Assembly (NCBI GenBank): GCA_947176765.1
Contig: CAMWRX010000005.1
Location: 3,771 to 67,770, forward strand
Direction: 5' to 3'
DNA: 64,000 nt
Source of the DNA: an uncultured bacterium
GTDB lineage: Bacteria; Bacillota; Clostridia; Oscillospirales; Oscillospiraceae
Part shown: in pieces, positions 56,603 to 64,000 of the stretch
Layout of the letters: each line of letters opens with the position of its first letter
Numbering within the stretch: position 1 is the stretch's first letter
Position numbers and translations under genes: made by a program
The notes under the pieces: generated by a model
Seen by the model: only the letters and a program-made list of their open reading frames with translations
What the model was told of the DNA's origin: nothing
Database searches by the model: none

Positions 56603-56821
56603 ATGAGACAGACCATTTACGACACAATAAGGAAAAACATCAGGAAGTATCGGAAGGAAAAGGGCATTACCTCTGCCCAGTTGACGGAGATGACTGGCCT
56701 TTCTCATGATTTCATCCGTCAGATACAGAGCGACAAGACCCGCTACAATTTTTCTGTGGAGACCTTCTACAAAATCTCTGTGGCGCTGGATGTGAGCATG
56801 GATACCCTGGCCGGTAAATGA
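56603..56821 (+). CDS. XRE-family HTH regulator
   Basis: KNIRKYRKEKGITSAQLTEMTGLSHDFIRQIQS. Confidence 0.85.
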   Translation: MRQTIYDTIRKNIRKYRKEKGITSAQLTEMTGLSHDFIRQIQSDKTRYNFSVETFYKISVALDVSMDTLAGK

Positions 56822-56869
56822 GAAAAAGGATCCTCCTGCGCTGCTGTTGGCACAGGAGGATCCTTTTCA

Positions 56870-57463
56870 TCATTGCGTCTGCTTTTTGCTCCACATCAAA
56901 ATATCTTTTCGCAGTTTTGCCTTTGCCCGAGAGACCCAAGCCCCTACGTTGTTGGGAGTTGTGCGGTACATCCGGGCAATGCTTGCCCCGCTCAGTCCCC
57001 TGATCTGCAGTTCCATTGCCTCCACACCCAGCCGGGCCACCCCGCTGTACCGGCGCTTGCAGTCGGCAAGCAGTTCGGCAGTATCCATCCGCTCCAACAG
57101 GTCGTCGATCCCATCCGGCACGGACGGTTCCAAGAACGGGGGCGGCTGGTCTTCATCAGAGCAGTCAATGTCCAAGGAAACTGACGGCAGCTTCCGCTGC
57201 CTGGTGTTGGCCTTCTTGCAGCAGTTATACAGGTGGTTTCGGATGACCGTGGTGGCATACGTACTGAATTGGGCGGACACCCCATCGTAGGTTGCCGCAG
57301 CTTTGCACAGCGCCATGGCCCCCTCCTGGTAGAGGTCGTCCTGCCCCAAACCCTCGACATCCTCATCGGGGTAGATAAAAAGATTGATGGTCTTACCGAT
57401 GACGGAAAGGTTGTCCTGCACAAGAATCTGCTGCTCGGGGGTAAGGATAAAATCGCACTTCAT
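56870..57463 (-). CDS. Sigma-70 family sigma factor
   Basis: LVQDNL..I, DDLYQEGAMALCKAAATYD...FSTYATTVIRNHL; C-terminal HTH. Confidence 0.88.
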   Translation of the reverse strand: MKCDFILTPEQQILVQDNLSVIGKTINLFIYPDEDVEGLGQDDLYQEGAMALCKAAATYDGVSAQFSTYATTVIRNHLYNCCKKANTRQRKLPSVSLDIDCSDEDQPPPFLEPSVPDGIDDLLERMDTAELLADCKRRYSGVARLGVEAMELQIRGLSGASIARMYRTTPNNVGAWVSRAKAKLRKDILMWSKKQTQ

Positions 57464-57498
57464 GATTTCGCCTTCTTTCTTATTTCATTTTTGTGCGG

Positions 57499-57903
57499 CT
57501 ATGCCGCCCGCTTGCCTGTTGTGAAAAAGCTGCCGCAAAGCCGGATAACCTGTTCGCAGCGAAACTCAGAAAATCTGCCGATGTGGGTTTCTTGCTCCGG
57601 CAGATCCAGCTTGGCCTGGAGCCAGAGGTATGCCTGTTTTTTGCTCATCAGCCCATTCTCCCACAGCCGGTTAAAAGCGGCATGGGCCTGGATGCGCTTC
57701 CGACGCAGTGGCCCGTTCGCTAGGGTGCCCATAGGCAGACAGGTGCGCCGGTGCGCGGCCACATAAGAGTCGCAGGCCGGAAAATGGGCACAGACATAAT
57801 AAGGGGCGGAAGGGTCTGCAGCCCGTTTCCCATATACCACAGAGGCTGAACGGAGCAGGGCACGGGAGCCACAGTAGGGGCACTTGATATTCACTCGTTT
57901 CAT
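57499..57903 (-). CDS. DUF3268-family zinc-finger protein
   Basis: CPYCG, YVCAHFPACDSYV.AH, PMGTLAN..LRRKRIQAH..F..LW, HIGRF...CEQVI. Confidence 0.85.
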   Translation of the reverse strand: MKRVNIKCPYCGSRALLRSASVVYGKRAADPSAPYYVCAHFPACDSYVAAHRRTCLPMGTLANGPLRRKRIQAHAAFNRLWENGLMSKKQAYLWLQAKLDLPEQETHIGRFSEFRCEQVIRLCGSFFTTGKRAA

Positions 57904-58129
57904 TTGGATTCAACTCCTTGTTTGATTTTGTTGTCATAGAGATTACGCACCGGATATCGCGAAAAAAGGGCCGTCAATTCTGTAAAATTTCTGTGAACAG
58001 CAAAAAGCCCGCCCGGAGTCCTGGACGGACAGCATTGCATACAAGAATCAGCGCATCCAATTTGCCGTTCTTTACAGAACCTCTGTAGTCATGTTATGAT
58101 GGTCAAAGCAAAGATTGGAGGGATTAGCC

Positions 58130-59083
58130 ATGTTAGATGAGCGTATCCTACGGGAGTTGCGTGCCATCACTGATGAGGAACAGACAATTTTAGATGGCCA
58201 GTCCACCATCGACCGCAGCCTGTATATGCAGAGCCAGCTCAATGTGGTCAACAGCAAAAAGCTACTGTCTGGCGGCAAACTGATTACTCTGCGCCCTAAC
58301 ACCCGGTTCGTCCACTTTCCTGAACATACCCACGATTATGTGGAGATGGCATATGGCTGTTCCGGCGTAGTGGAACATATTGTGGACGGCAAATCCATCC
58401 GGCTGAAACCGGGCGACCTATTGTTTTTAGGCCAAAAAGCGGCCCATCAGGTTTGTCCGGCAGGCTGGGATGATATCGCGGTGAATTTCATCATCCTGCC
58501 CGAGTTTTTCAGCGATACCTTGTCTGCCATCAGTCAAGAAGCCACCGTGCTGCGGCAGTTCCTGGTGGACTGTCTGTTCCGGCAGAACATCGGGCCCAGC
58601 TATCTCCATTTCCAGGTGGCGGATGACCGGCCCATCCAGAACCTAGCGGAAAACCTGTTGATTACCCTTCTCCACGATACCCCCAACCGCCGCAAGGTCA
58701 GCCAGATGACCATGACCCTCCTGTTCCTCCAACTGCTCAGCCACACGGATAAGCTGGACTGGGATGACCGGGAGGATAGTATTCTCAAGCTGCTGCGTTA
58801 CGTGGAGGATCGTTTTGTTTCCGCCAGCCTCACCGAAGCGGCGGAGCTGATACGTACCGATGTATACACCCTGTCCCGGCTGATTCGTCGGCAAACAGGA
58901 AAAACTTTTACCCAGCTCGTGCAGGAAAAACGGCTCGCCCAAGCAGCATTCCTGCTGACCAGCACCCGCCGGAATGTGGGTGACGTGGCCCGAGCGGTAG
59001 GCTACGAGAACATCAGCTATTTCCACCGAATTTTCAAGGCCGCCTATGGTCTGTCACCCCGACAATACCGTCTTGCAAAATAG
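58130..59083 (+). CDS. AraC family regulator with cupin sensor (rhamnose regulator candidate)
   Basis: FPEHTHDYVEM cupin; double HTH ..VARAVGYENISYFHRIFKAAYGLSPRQYR. Confidence 0.9.
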   Translation: MLDERILRELRAITDEEQTILDGQSTIDRSLYMQSQLNVVNSKKLLSGGKLITLRPNTRFVHFPEHTHDYVEMAYGCSGVVEHIVDGKSIRLKPGDLLFLGQKAAHQVCPAGWDDIAVNFIILPEFFSDTLSAISQEATVLRQFLVDCLFRQNIGPSYLHFQVADDRPIQNLAENLLITLLHDTPNRRKVSQMTMTLLFLQLLSHTDKLDWDDREDSILKLLRYVEDRFVSASLTEAAELIRTDVYTLSRLIRRQTGKTFTQLVQEKRLAQAAFLLTSTRRNVGDVARAVGYENISYFHRIFKAAYGLSPRQYRLAK

Positions 59084-59118
59084 GACACTTTTTTCTCAAA
59101 CCAGGACCTCCCTTTTTT
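59082..59118 (+). promoter_or_regulatory. Tandem AGGAC..TTTTTT half-sites 21 bp apart upstream of rhaB (AraC-type site)
   Basis: AGGAC at 59082 and 59103; 21-bp spacing is typical of AraC-family tandem sites. Confidence 0.45.
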
Positions 59119-59167
59119 GGCGTATCCATGATAGGATATGAACAAAGCAAAGAAGGGAGGTCTTACT

Positions 59168-60493
59168 TTGCATTATCTCGCTATCGACATCGGCGCGTCC
59201 TCCGGGCGGCACATTGTGGGCTGGCAGGAGGACGGCGCGGTCAAAACCGAGGAGGTCTACCGTTTCCCCAACGGGGTGACGGAGCGGGACGGCCACCTGG
59301 TTTGGGATGTGGACGCGCTGCTGTTCCATGTGAAGGAGGGCATTGACCGGGCGCTGGAACGGTTCCCGGATATCGAAAGCCTGTCCATCGACACCTGGGG
59401 GGTGGACTATGTGCTCCTCCGGGGGGACGAGGAAGTGCGGCCCTGCTATGCCTACCGGGACAGCCGCACGGAAGCGGTCATCGACGCGGTACACGAAAAA
59501 ATTCCGTTCGAGGAGCTGTATGCCCGCACCGGCTGTCAGTTCCAGCCCTTCAACACCATCTACCAGCTCTCTGATGACCTGCAAAAGGGACGGCTGGAGG
59601 GTGTGACGGACTTCCTCATGGTGCCGGAGTACCTGATGTGGAAGCTCGCCGGTGTGAAGGCCCGGGAGTACACCAACGCCACCACAACAGGTCTGGTGAA
59701 CGCCCAAACCGGGGAGTTTGACCAGGAAATCGTCCGGCGGCTGGGCCTTCCAGGCAACCTGTTCCCTGCCCTGTCCCAGCCGGGGATGGCGGTTGGAGAA
59801 TATAAGGGTATCAAAGTTGTGCTGTGTGCTACCCACGACACCGCCTCCGCCGTGGAGGGCATCCTCGCCGTCGCGGACATCGCTCCGGCTCTCCCCACAA
59901 GATCGTTCGATCTTGTGGGGGCCCCCCAGCTCTATATCTCGTCGGGCACCTGGTCGCTGCTGGGGGTGAAGTCCCCTGTCCCCCTGACGGACGAAAACAG
60001 CCGTCTTGCCAACTACTCCAACGAGGGCGGCGTGGGGTACATCCGCTACCAGAAGAACATCATGGGGATGTGGATCGTCAACCGCCTGCGGGACGAGCTG
60101 TGCCCCGATCAACCCTTCCCGGAGATTGTGGCGGAAGCGGAAGCAAGTACCTTTGATGAGACGGTGGATGCCAACGCCCCGGCCTTCCTGGCCCCGGAGA
60201 GCATGAAGGCCGCCTTTGACGCTTCGCTGTCCGTCCAGCCCCAAAGCGAGGGCGACTACTTCCGCTGTGCCTACCGCTCGCTGGCGTTGAGCTACCGGGA
60301 CGCCATCCGGGAGCTGGAGACCAACACCGGCAAAACCTATGAAAAGCTGTACATCGTGGGCGGCGGGGCCAAAAACGCGTTTTTGAACGAGCTGACCGCG
60401 GAGGCTACAGGCAAGCAGGTCGTCGCCCTGCCCATCGAGGCCACCGCCTTGGGAAATCTGAAAATACAAATGGAAGGGGTCATCTCATGTTAG
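59168..60493 (+). CDS. rhaB: Rhamnulokinase
   Basis: LAIDIGASSGR, IDTWGVDY, YRDSRT, FNTIYQL, HDTASAV, SSGTWSLLG, NIMGMWI; TTG start after GGGAGG. Confidence 0.92.
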   Translation: MHYLAIDIGASSGRHIVGWQEDGAVKTEEVYRFPNGVTERDGHLVWDVDALLFHVKEGIDRALERFPDIESLSIDTWGVDYVLLRGDEEVRPCYAYRDSRTEAVIDAVHEKIPFEELYARTGCQFQPFNTIYQLSDDLQKGRLEGVTDFLMVPEYLMWKLAGVKAREYTNATTTGLVNAQTGEFDQEIVRRLGLPGNLFPALSQPGMAVGEYKGIKVVLCATHDTASAVEGILAVADIAPALPTRSFDLVGAPQLYISSGTWSLLGVKSPVPLTDENSRLANYSNEGGVGYIRYQKNIMGMWIVNRLRDELCPDQPFPEIVAEAEASTFDETVDANAPAFLAPESMKAAFDASLSVQPQSEGDYFRCAYRSLALSYRDAIRELETNTGKTYEKLYIVGGGAKNAFLNELTAEATGKQVVALPIEATALGNLKIQMEGVISC

Positions 60494-61905
60494 TGAACAC
60501 CAAAGCCCGGGTGGGCGTCTTCGCCATCGCCCTGGGGGCCTACCTGCCCCAGTTCCCGTCCCTGGTGCCGGAGTTCGAGGGCCAGTACGCCGACTTCAAA
60601 AAAACGCTCCCCGACACCGTGGAGCTCATCGACGGCGGGATCGTCACCACCAAGGAGCTGGCCCAGGCCGCCGGGGATAAGTTCCGGGCCTCGGACGTGG
60701 ATCTGGTGATCCTCCAGCTGCTGACCTACGCCACGTCCTACAATATGCTGCCCGCCGTCCGGGATCTGGACGTACCTGTGGTGCTGGTCAACCTCCAGAA
60801 AAAGAAGGCCCCGGACTACGCCAACACCGACACCGCCACCTGGCTGGGCGAGCTGTACGCCTGCGGCGCGGTGGGCGAGATGGTGGCCGACCTGGAGCGG
60901 GCCGGCAAGCGCCATGCCGTCATCACCGGCGTGGTGGAGGGCGGCGACCCCCAGGTGCAGGCCGAAATCGAGGACTGGTGCCGCGCCGCCCAGGTGCGCC
61001 GCCGCTTCCGGGACACCAACCTGGCCCAGATCGGACGACCCTATCCCGGCATGATGGATCTGTACATCGACGAGACCAACCTCTACCATCGGATGTGGCT
61101 CTACACCAAGCAGTTCGACTGGGAGAAGATGTGGGCCATCGCCGACGATATCACCGACGAGGACACCATCCGCGCCAAAGCCCAGGATATCCTGGACACC
61201 TTCGACATTGAGGGCGGCGGCACCATCGAAAAAGTCTGGGACATGGCAAAATATGTGGTGGCCTTTGAGCAGTGGGTGAAGGACGAACAGATCGCCTTCG
61301 TGGCCTCCCACTACGACGGCTTTGCCCAGGGCAAGGCGGGCGTACTGGACAGTATGCTCATCCCCGCCTTCTCCATGCTCATCAAGCAGGGTGTGGCCTG
61401 CGCGGTGGAGGGCGACATCAAGGTAGCCATGGCCATGTCCATCCTCAAGACCATTGCCGGCATGGGCCAGCTCTCCGAGATGTACTCCATCGACTTCGAC
61501 GAGGACATCTGCATCATCGGCCACAGCGGCTCCGGCGACGCGGATATCTCCGCCAAGAAACCCACCATGAAGATCGTCCCCGTGTTCCACGGCAAGACCG
61601 GCGGCGGCTACCTGACCCAGTTCTATCCCCATCTCGGCCCGGTGACCTATCTGGGCATTACCCAGGACAAGGACGGCCACTTCAAGTTCGTGGTGGCCGA
61701 GGGCGTCAACGAGGAGGGCCCCATCTTCACCTTCGGGGACACCAATATGCGCACCCGCTTCACCTGCGGCGCGCGGGAGTTCTGCAACAAGTGGAGCGAG
61801 GCCGGGCCCACCCACCACATGGCGGCGGCCTCCGGCAGGCACATCGACACCATTTTGAAAGTAGCCAAGATTTTCAATGTGCCGGTAGATATTGTCACTC
61901 GATAA
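60487..61905 (+). CDS. L-fucose/L-arabinose isomerase-fold protein in the rhaA position
   Basis: CAVEGDIK, SEMYSID, GHSG, AGPTHHMAA; no RhaA TIM-barrel motifs. Confidence 0.8.
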   Translation: MLVNTKARVGVFAIALGAYLPQFPSLVPEFEGQYADFKKTLPDTVELIDGGIVTTKELAQAAGDKFRASDVDLVILQLLTYATSYNMLPAVRDLDVPVVLVNLQKKKAPDYANTDTATWLGELYACGAVGEMVADLERAGKRHAVITGVVEGGDPQVQAEIEDWCRAAQVRRRFRDTNLAQIGRPYPGMMDLYIDETNLYHRMWLYTKQFDWEKMWAIADDITDEDTIRAKAQDILDTFDIEGGGTIEKVWDMAKYVVAFEQWVKDEQIAFVASHYDGFAQGKAGVLDSMLIPAFSMLIKQGVACAVEGDIKVAMAMSILKTIAGMGQLSEMYSIDFDEDICIIGHSGSGDADISAKKPTMKIVPVFHGKTGGGYLTQFYPHLGPVTYLGITQDKDGHFKFVVAEGVNEEGPIFTFGDTNMRTRFTCGAREFCNKWSEAGPTHHMAAASGRHIDTILKVAKIFNVPVDIVTR

Positions 61906-61925
61906 ACGGAAAGAGGTCAAGGAAT

Positions 61926-62744
61926 ATGAAAAACATTTTAGAGGCACCCTTTTTAGTGGAAATGGTGCGCACCACCACCAATATGTACAACCACGGCTGG
62001 GACGAGCGAAACGGCGGCAACATCAGCCTGCTGTTGAATGAGACTGACGTGGCGGAATACGTTGACATGAATGCGGTCATCCGGGACATCCCCACCGGCT
62101 TCGAGGCCCCCACCCTGGACGGCAAATACTTCCTAGTCACCGGCACGGGCAAATACTTCAAGAACGTGCAGTATGACCCGGCGAAAAACCTGGGCCTGGT
62201 GCGGCTCACCGACGGCGGCAAAAATGCCCAACTGCTGTGGGGCTTCACCGACGGCGGTAAGTTCACCTCCGAGTTCCCTGCCCACATGATGAGCCACGCC
62301 GCCCGGCTGGCTGTCAACCCGGACAATCGGGTGGTCATGCACTGCCACCCCGCCAACCTGCTGGCCATGACCTACGTCCACGACCTGGACACCAAGGCGT
62401 TTACCCGCACCCTGTGGCAGATGTGCACCGAGTGCATCGTGGTGTTCCCCGATGGGGTAAACGTACTGCCCTGGATGCTGTGCGGCACCAACGAGATCGG
62501 CGAGGCCACCGCCGAGCAGATGGGTACCGCCCGGCTGGTGGTGTGGTCCCAGCACGGCATCTACGGCGCGGGGGCGGATCTGGACGAGACCTTCGGCCTC
62601 ATTGAGACGGCGGAGAAGGCGGCGGAGATCTACATGAAGATCGCCCACCTGCCCCTGAAAACCACCATCACCGACACTCAGATGTGGCAGCTGGCGGACC
62701 ACTTTAAGGTCACCCCCAGGGAAGGTTTTCTGGAAAGTCGATAA
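61926..62744 (+). CDS. rhaD: Rhamnulose-1-phosphate aldolase
   Basis: GWDERNGGNIS, VTGTGKYFKN, PTSE-like FTSEFPAH, MHCHP, W.QHG, FGLIETAEKAA. Confidence 0.93.
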   Translation: MKNILEAPFLVEMVRTTTNMYNHGWDERNGGNISLLLNETDVAEYVDMNAVIRDIPTGFEAPTLDGKYFLVTGTGKYFKNVQYDPAKNLGLVRLTDGGKNAQLLWGFTDGGKFTSEFPAHMMSHAARLAVNPDNRVVMHCHPANLLAMTYVHDLDTKAFTRTLWQMCTECIVVFPDGVNVLPWMLCGTNEIGEATAEQMGTARLVVWSQHGIYGAGADLDETFGLIETAEKAAEIYMKIAHLPLKTTITDTQMWQLADHFKVTPREGFLESR

Positions 62745-62775
62745 CCAAAAATCAATTTAACAGGAGGAAACTACT

Positions 62776-63921
62776 ATGGCAGTCAATCGTTTCGTACTCA
62801 ACGGCATTTCCTACCACGGCAAGGGCGCGATTCAGGAGATCCCCGGCATCATCTCCGCCAAGGGACTGAAGAAGGCGTTCGTGGCCTCCGACCCCGACCT
62901 GGTGAAGTTCAACGTCACCAAGAAGGTCACCGACCTGCTGGACCAGAGCGGCATGGCCTACGAAGTCTACTCCGATATTAAGCCCAACCCCACCATCGAG
63001 AATGTGAAGTCCGGCGTGGAGGCGTACAAAGCCAGCGGCGCGGACTATATGATCACCATCGGCGGCGGCTCCTCCATGGACACCGGCAAGGCCATCGGCA
63101 TCATCATCAACAACCCCGAGTTCGCCGATGTGCGCTCCCTGGAGGGCGTGGCCCCCACCAAGAACCGCACCGTGTTCACCATCGCCGTTCCCACCACCGC
63201 CGGCACCGCCGCTGAGGCCACCATCAACTACGTCATCACCGACGTGGAGAAGAAGCGCAAGTTCGTGTGCGTGGACGTGAACGATATTCCCGACGTGGCC
63301 ATTGTGGACCCGGATATGATGTCCACCATGCCCCGCGGCCTGACCGCCTCCACCGGCATGGACGCCCTGACCCACGCCATCGAGGGCTACACCACCGCTG
63401 CCGCCTGGGAACTGGCCGACTGCCTGAACCTGGAGGCCATCAAGCTCATCGCCGCCAACCTGCGTAAGGCGGTCAATAACGACCCCGAGGGCCGCGAGGC
63501 CATGGCGCTGGGTCAGTTCGTCACCGGCATGGCCTTCTCCAACGTGGGCCTGGGCATCGCCCACTCCATGGCCCACACCCTGGGCGCGGTGTACGACACT
63601 CCCCACGGCGTAGCCTGCGCCATGATGCTGCCCATCGTGATGGAGTACAATCAGGACGCCACCGGCGACAAGTTCAAGCACATCGCCGAGGCCATGGGTG
63701 TGGACACCACCGGCATGGATCAGGCCGCCTACCGCAAGGCTGCCATCGACGCGGTGCGCCAGCTGTCCGTTGACGTGGGCATCCCCACCAGGCTGGAGGC
63801 CATGAAGGAGGAGGATCTGGAGTTCCTGGCCCAGTCCGCCGCCGCCGACGCCTGCGCCCCCGGCAACCCCAAGGCCGCTTCCGTGGAGGATTTCAAGGAG
63901 CTGTTCCGCAAAATTATGTGA
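62776..63921 (+). CDS. fucO: Lactaldehyde reductase (Fe-ADH)
   Basis: IKPNPTIENV, IGGGSSMD, PTTAGTAAE, GMDALTHAIE, HSMAH...PHGVAC. Confidence 0.93.
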   Translation: MAVNRFVLNGISYHGKGAIQEIPGIISAKGLKKAFVASDPDLVKFNVTKKVTDLLDQSGMAYEVYSDIKPNPTIENVKSGVEAYKASGADYMITIGGGSSMDTGKAIGIIINNPEFADVRSLEGVAPTKNRTVFTIAVPTTAGTAAEATINYVITDVEKKRKFVCVDVNDIPDVAIVDPDMMSTMPRGLTASTGMDALTHAIEGYTTAAAWELADCLNLEAIKLIAANLRKAVNNDPEGREAMALGQFVTGMAFSNVGLGIAHSMAHTLGAVYDTPHGVACAMMLPIVMEYNQDATGDKFKHIAEAMGVDTTGMDQAAYRKAAIDAVRQLSVDVGIPTRLEAMKEEDLEFLAQSAAADACAPGNPKAASVEDFKELFRKIM

Positions 63922-63944
63922 GACACCAGTGCTTTCCTATCAAC

Positions 63945-63984
63945 CAAGCAGACGGGCCGCTCATTTGGGCAGCCCGTCTGCTTG
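63945..63984 (+). terminator. Hairpin after fucO
   Basis: CAAGCAGACGGGC / GCCCGTCTGCTTG. Confidence 0.7.
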
Positions 63985-64000
63985 ATATGCTGGCATCATG

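Larger units (their letters stand above)
1..57950. mobile_element. Part of a large integrated ICE-like element (backbone blocks interrupted by metabolic cargo); boundaries not visible
   Basis: Mobile-element-type genes: ParM/ParR, SSB, DUF932, three sigma-like genes, Tn916 orf7/orf8-like sigma+HTH pair, TnpV remnant, MTase, LigA-like, DUF3268/DUF5348/DUF6465. No integrase, relaxase or T4SS in the window, so mobility and ends are unproven. Confidence 0.6.

Noticed and set aside
61272-61925. 218-codon N-terminal extension of RhaD in the ORF track
   Set aside because: It overlaps the isomerase in another frame; the real start is ATG 61926 after GAGG.
43661-61947. Further long alternative-frame ORFs (43661-45148, 49369-50412, 50561-51835, 51505-52821, 59096-60469, 60490-61947)
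   Set aside because: Same shadow-ORF effect opposite well-supported genes.
1-64000. CRISPR array, tRNA/rRNA, IS transposase, integrase, relaxase, T4SS, toxin-antitoxin pair, reverse transcriptase
   Set aside because: No regularly spaced repeats, cloverleafs or diagnostic protein motifs were seen; the HTH pair at 56399-56821 has no toxin partner.

Overview
Gut Clostridia-type DNA (Oscillospiraceae-like by gene content and codon style; inference). Most of the window (about 1-57.9 kb) looks like part of a large integrated mobile element (ICE-like). Its backbone includes a LigA C-terminus, an N6-MTase-like gene, ParM/ParR, XRE and SLOG genes, three sigma-70-like proteins, SSB, DUF932, a phage-type ssDNA-binding-like protein, DUF3268, DUF5348, DUF6465 and many hypotheticals. 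The backbone is interrupted by metabolic cassettes: TetR-SDR-MATE; AraC with GH1/GH3/MFS/GH2/GH43x2/TIM-barrel/GH78; xylB-xylA-II-uxuA-uxuB-uxaC-eda-kdgK; and TetR-esterase-cls. Eroded remnants (HU, TnpV, HTH) lie at the junctions. An AraC-rhaB-isomerase-rhaD-fucO operon closes the window. No integrase, relaxase, T4SS, CRISPR array, tRNA or rRNA was recognised. Best leads: (1) a ~245-nt leader between a near-consensus sigma70 promoter and ssb with mutually exclusive terminator/antiterminator pairings, heading a ~12.5-kb backbone gene string punctuated by terminator-like hairpins just before RBSs; (2) one uncharacterised ~70-80 aa C-terminal module shared by three unrelated enzymes (SDR, GH3, GH2) in a cluster that may deglycosylate and detoxify plant glycosides; (3) a coupled 448+846 aa pair of unknown function; (4) a FucI/AraA-fold isomerase in place of RhaA. 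All family calls come from motif recognition by eye, with no database search.
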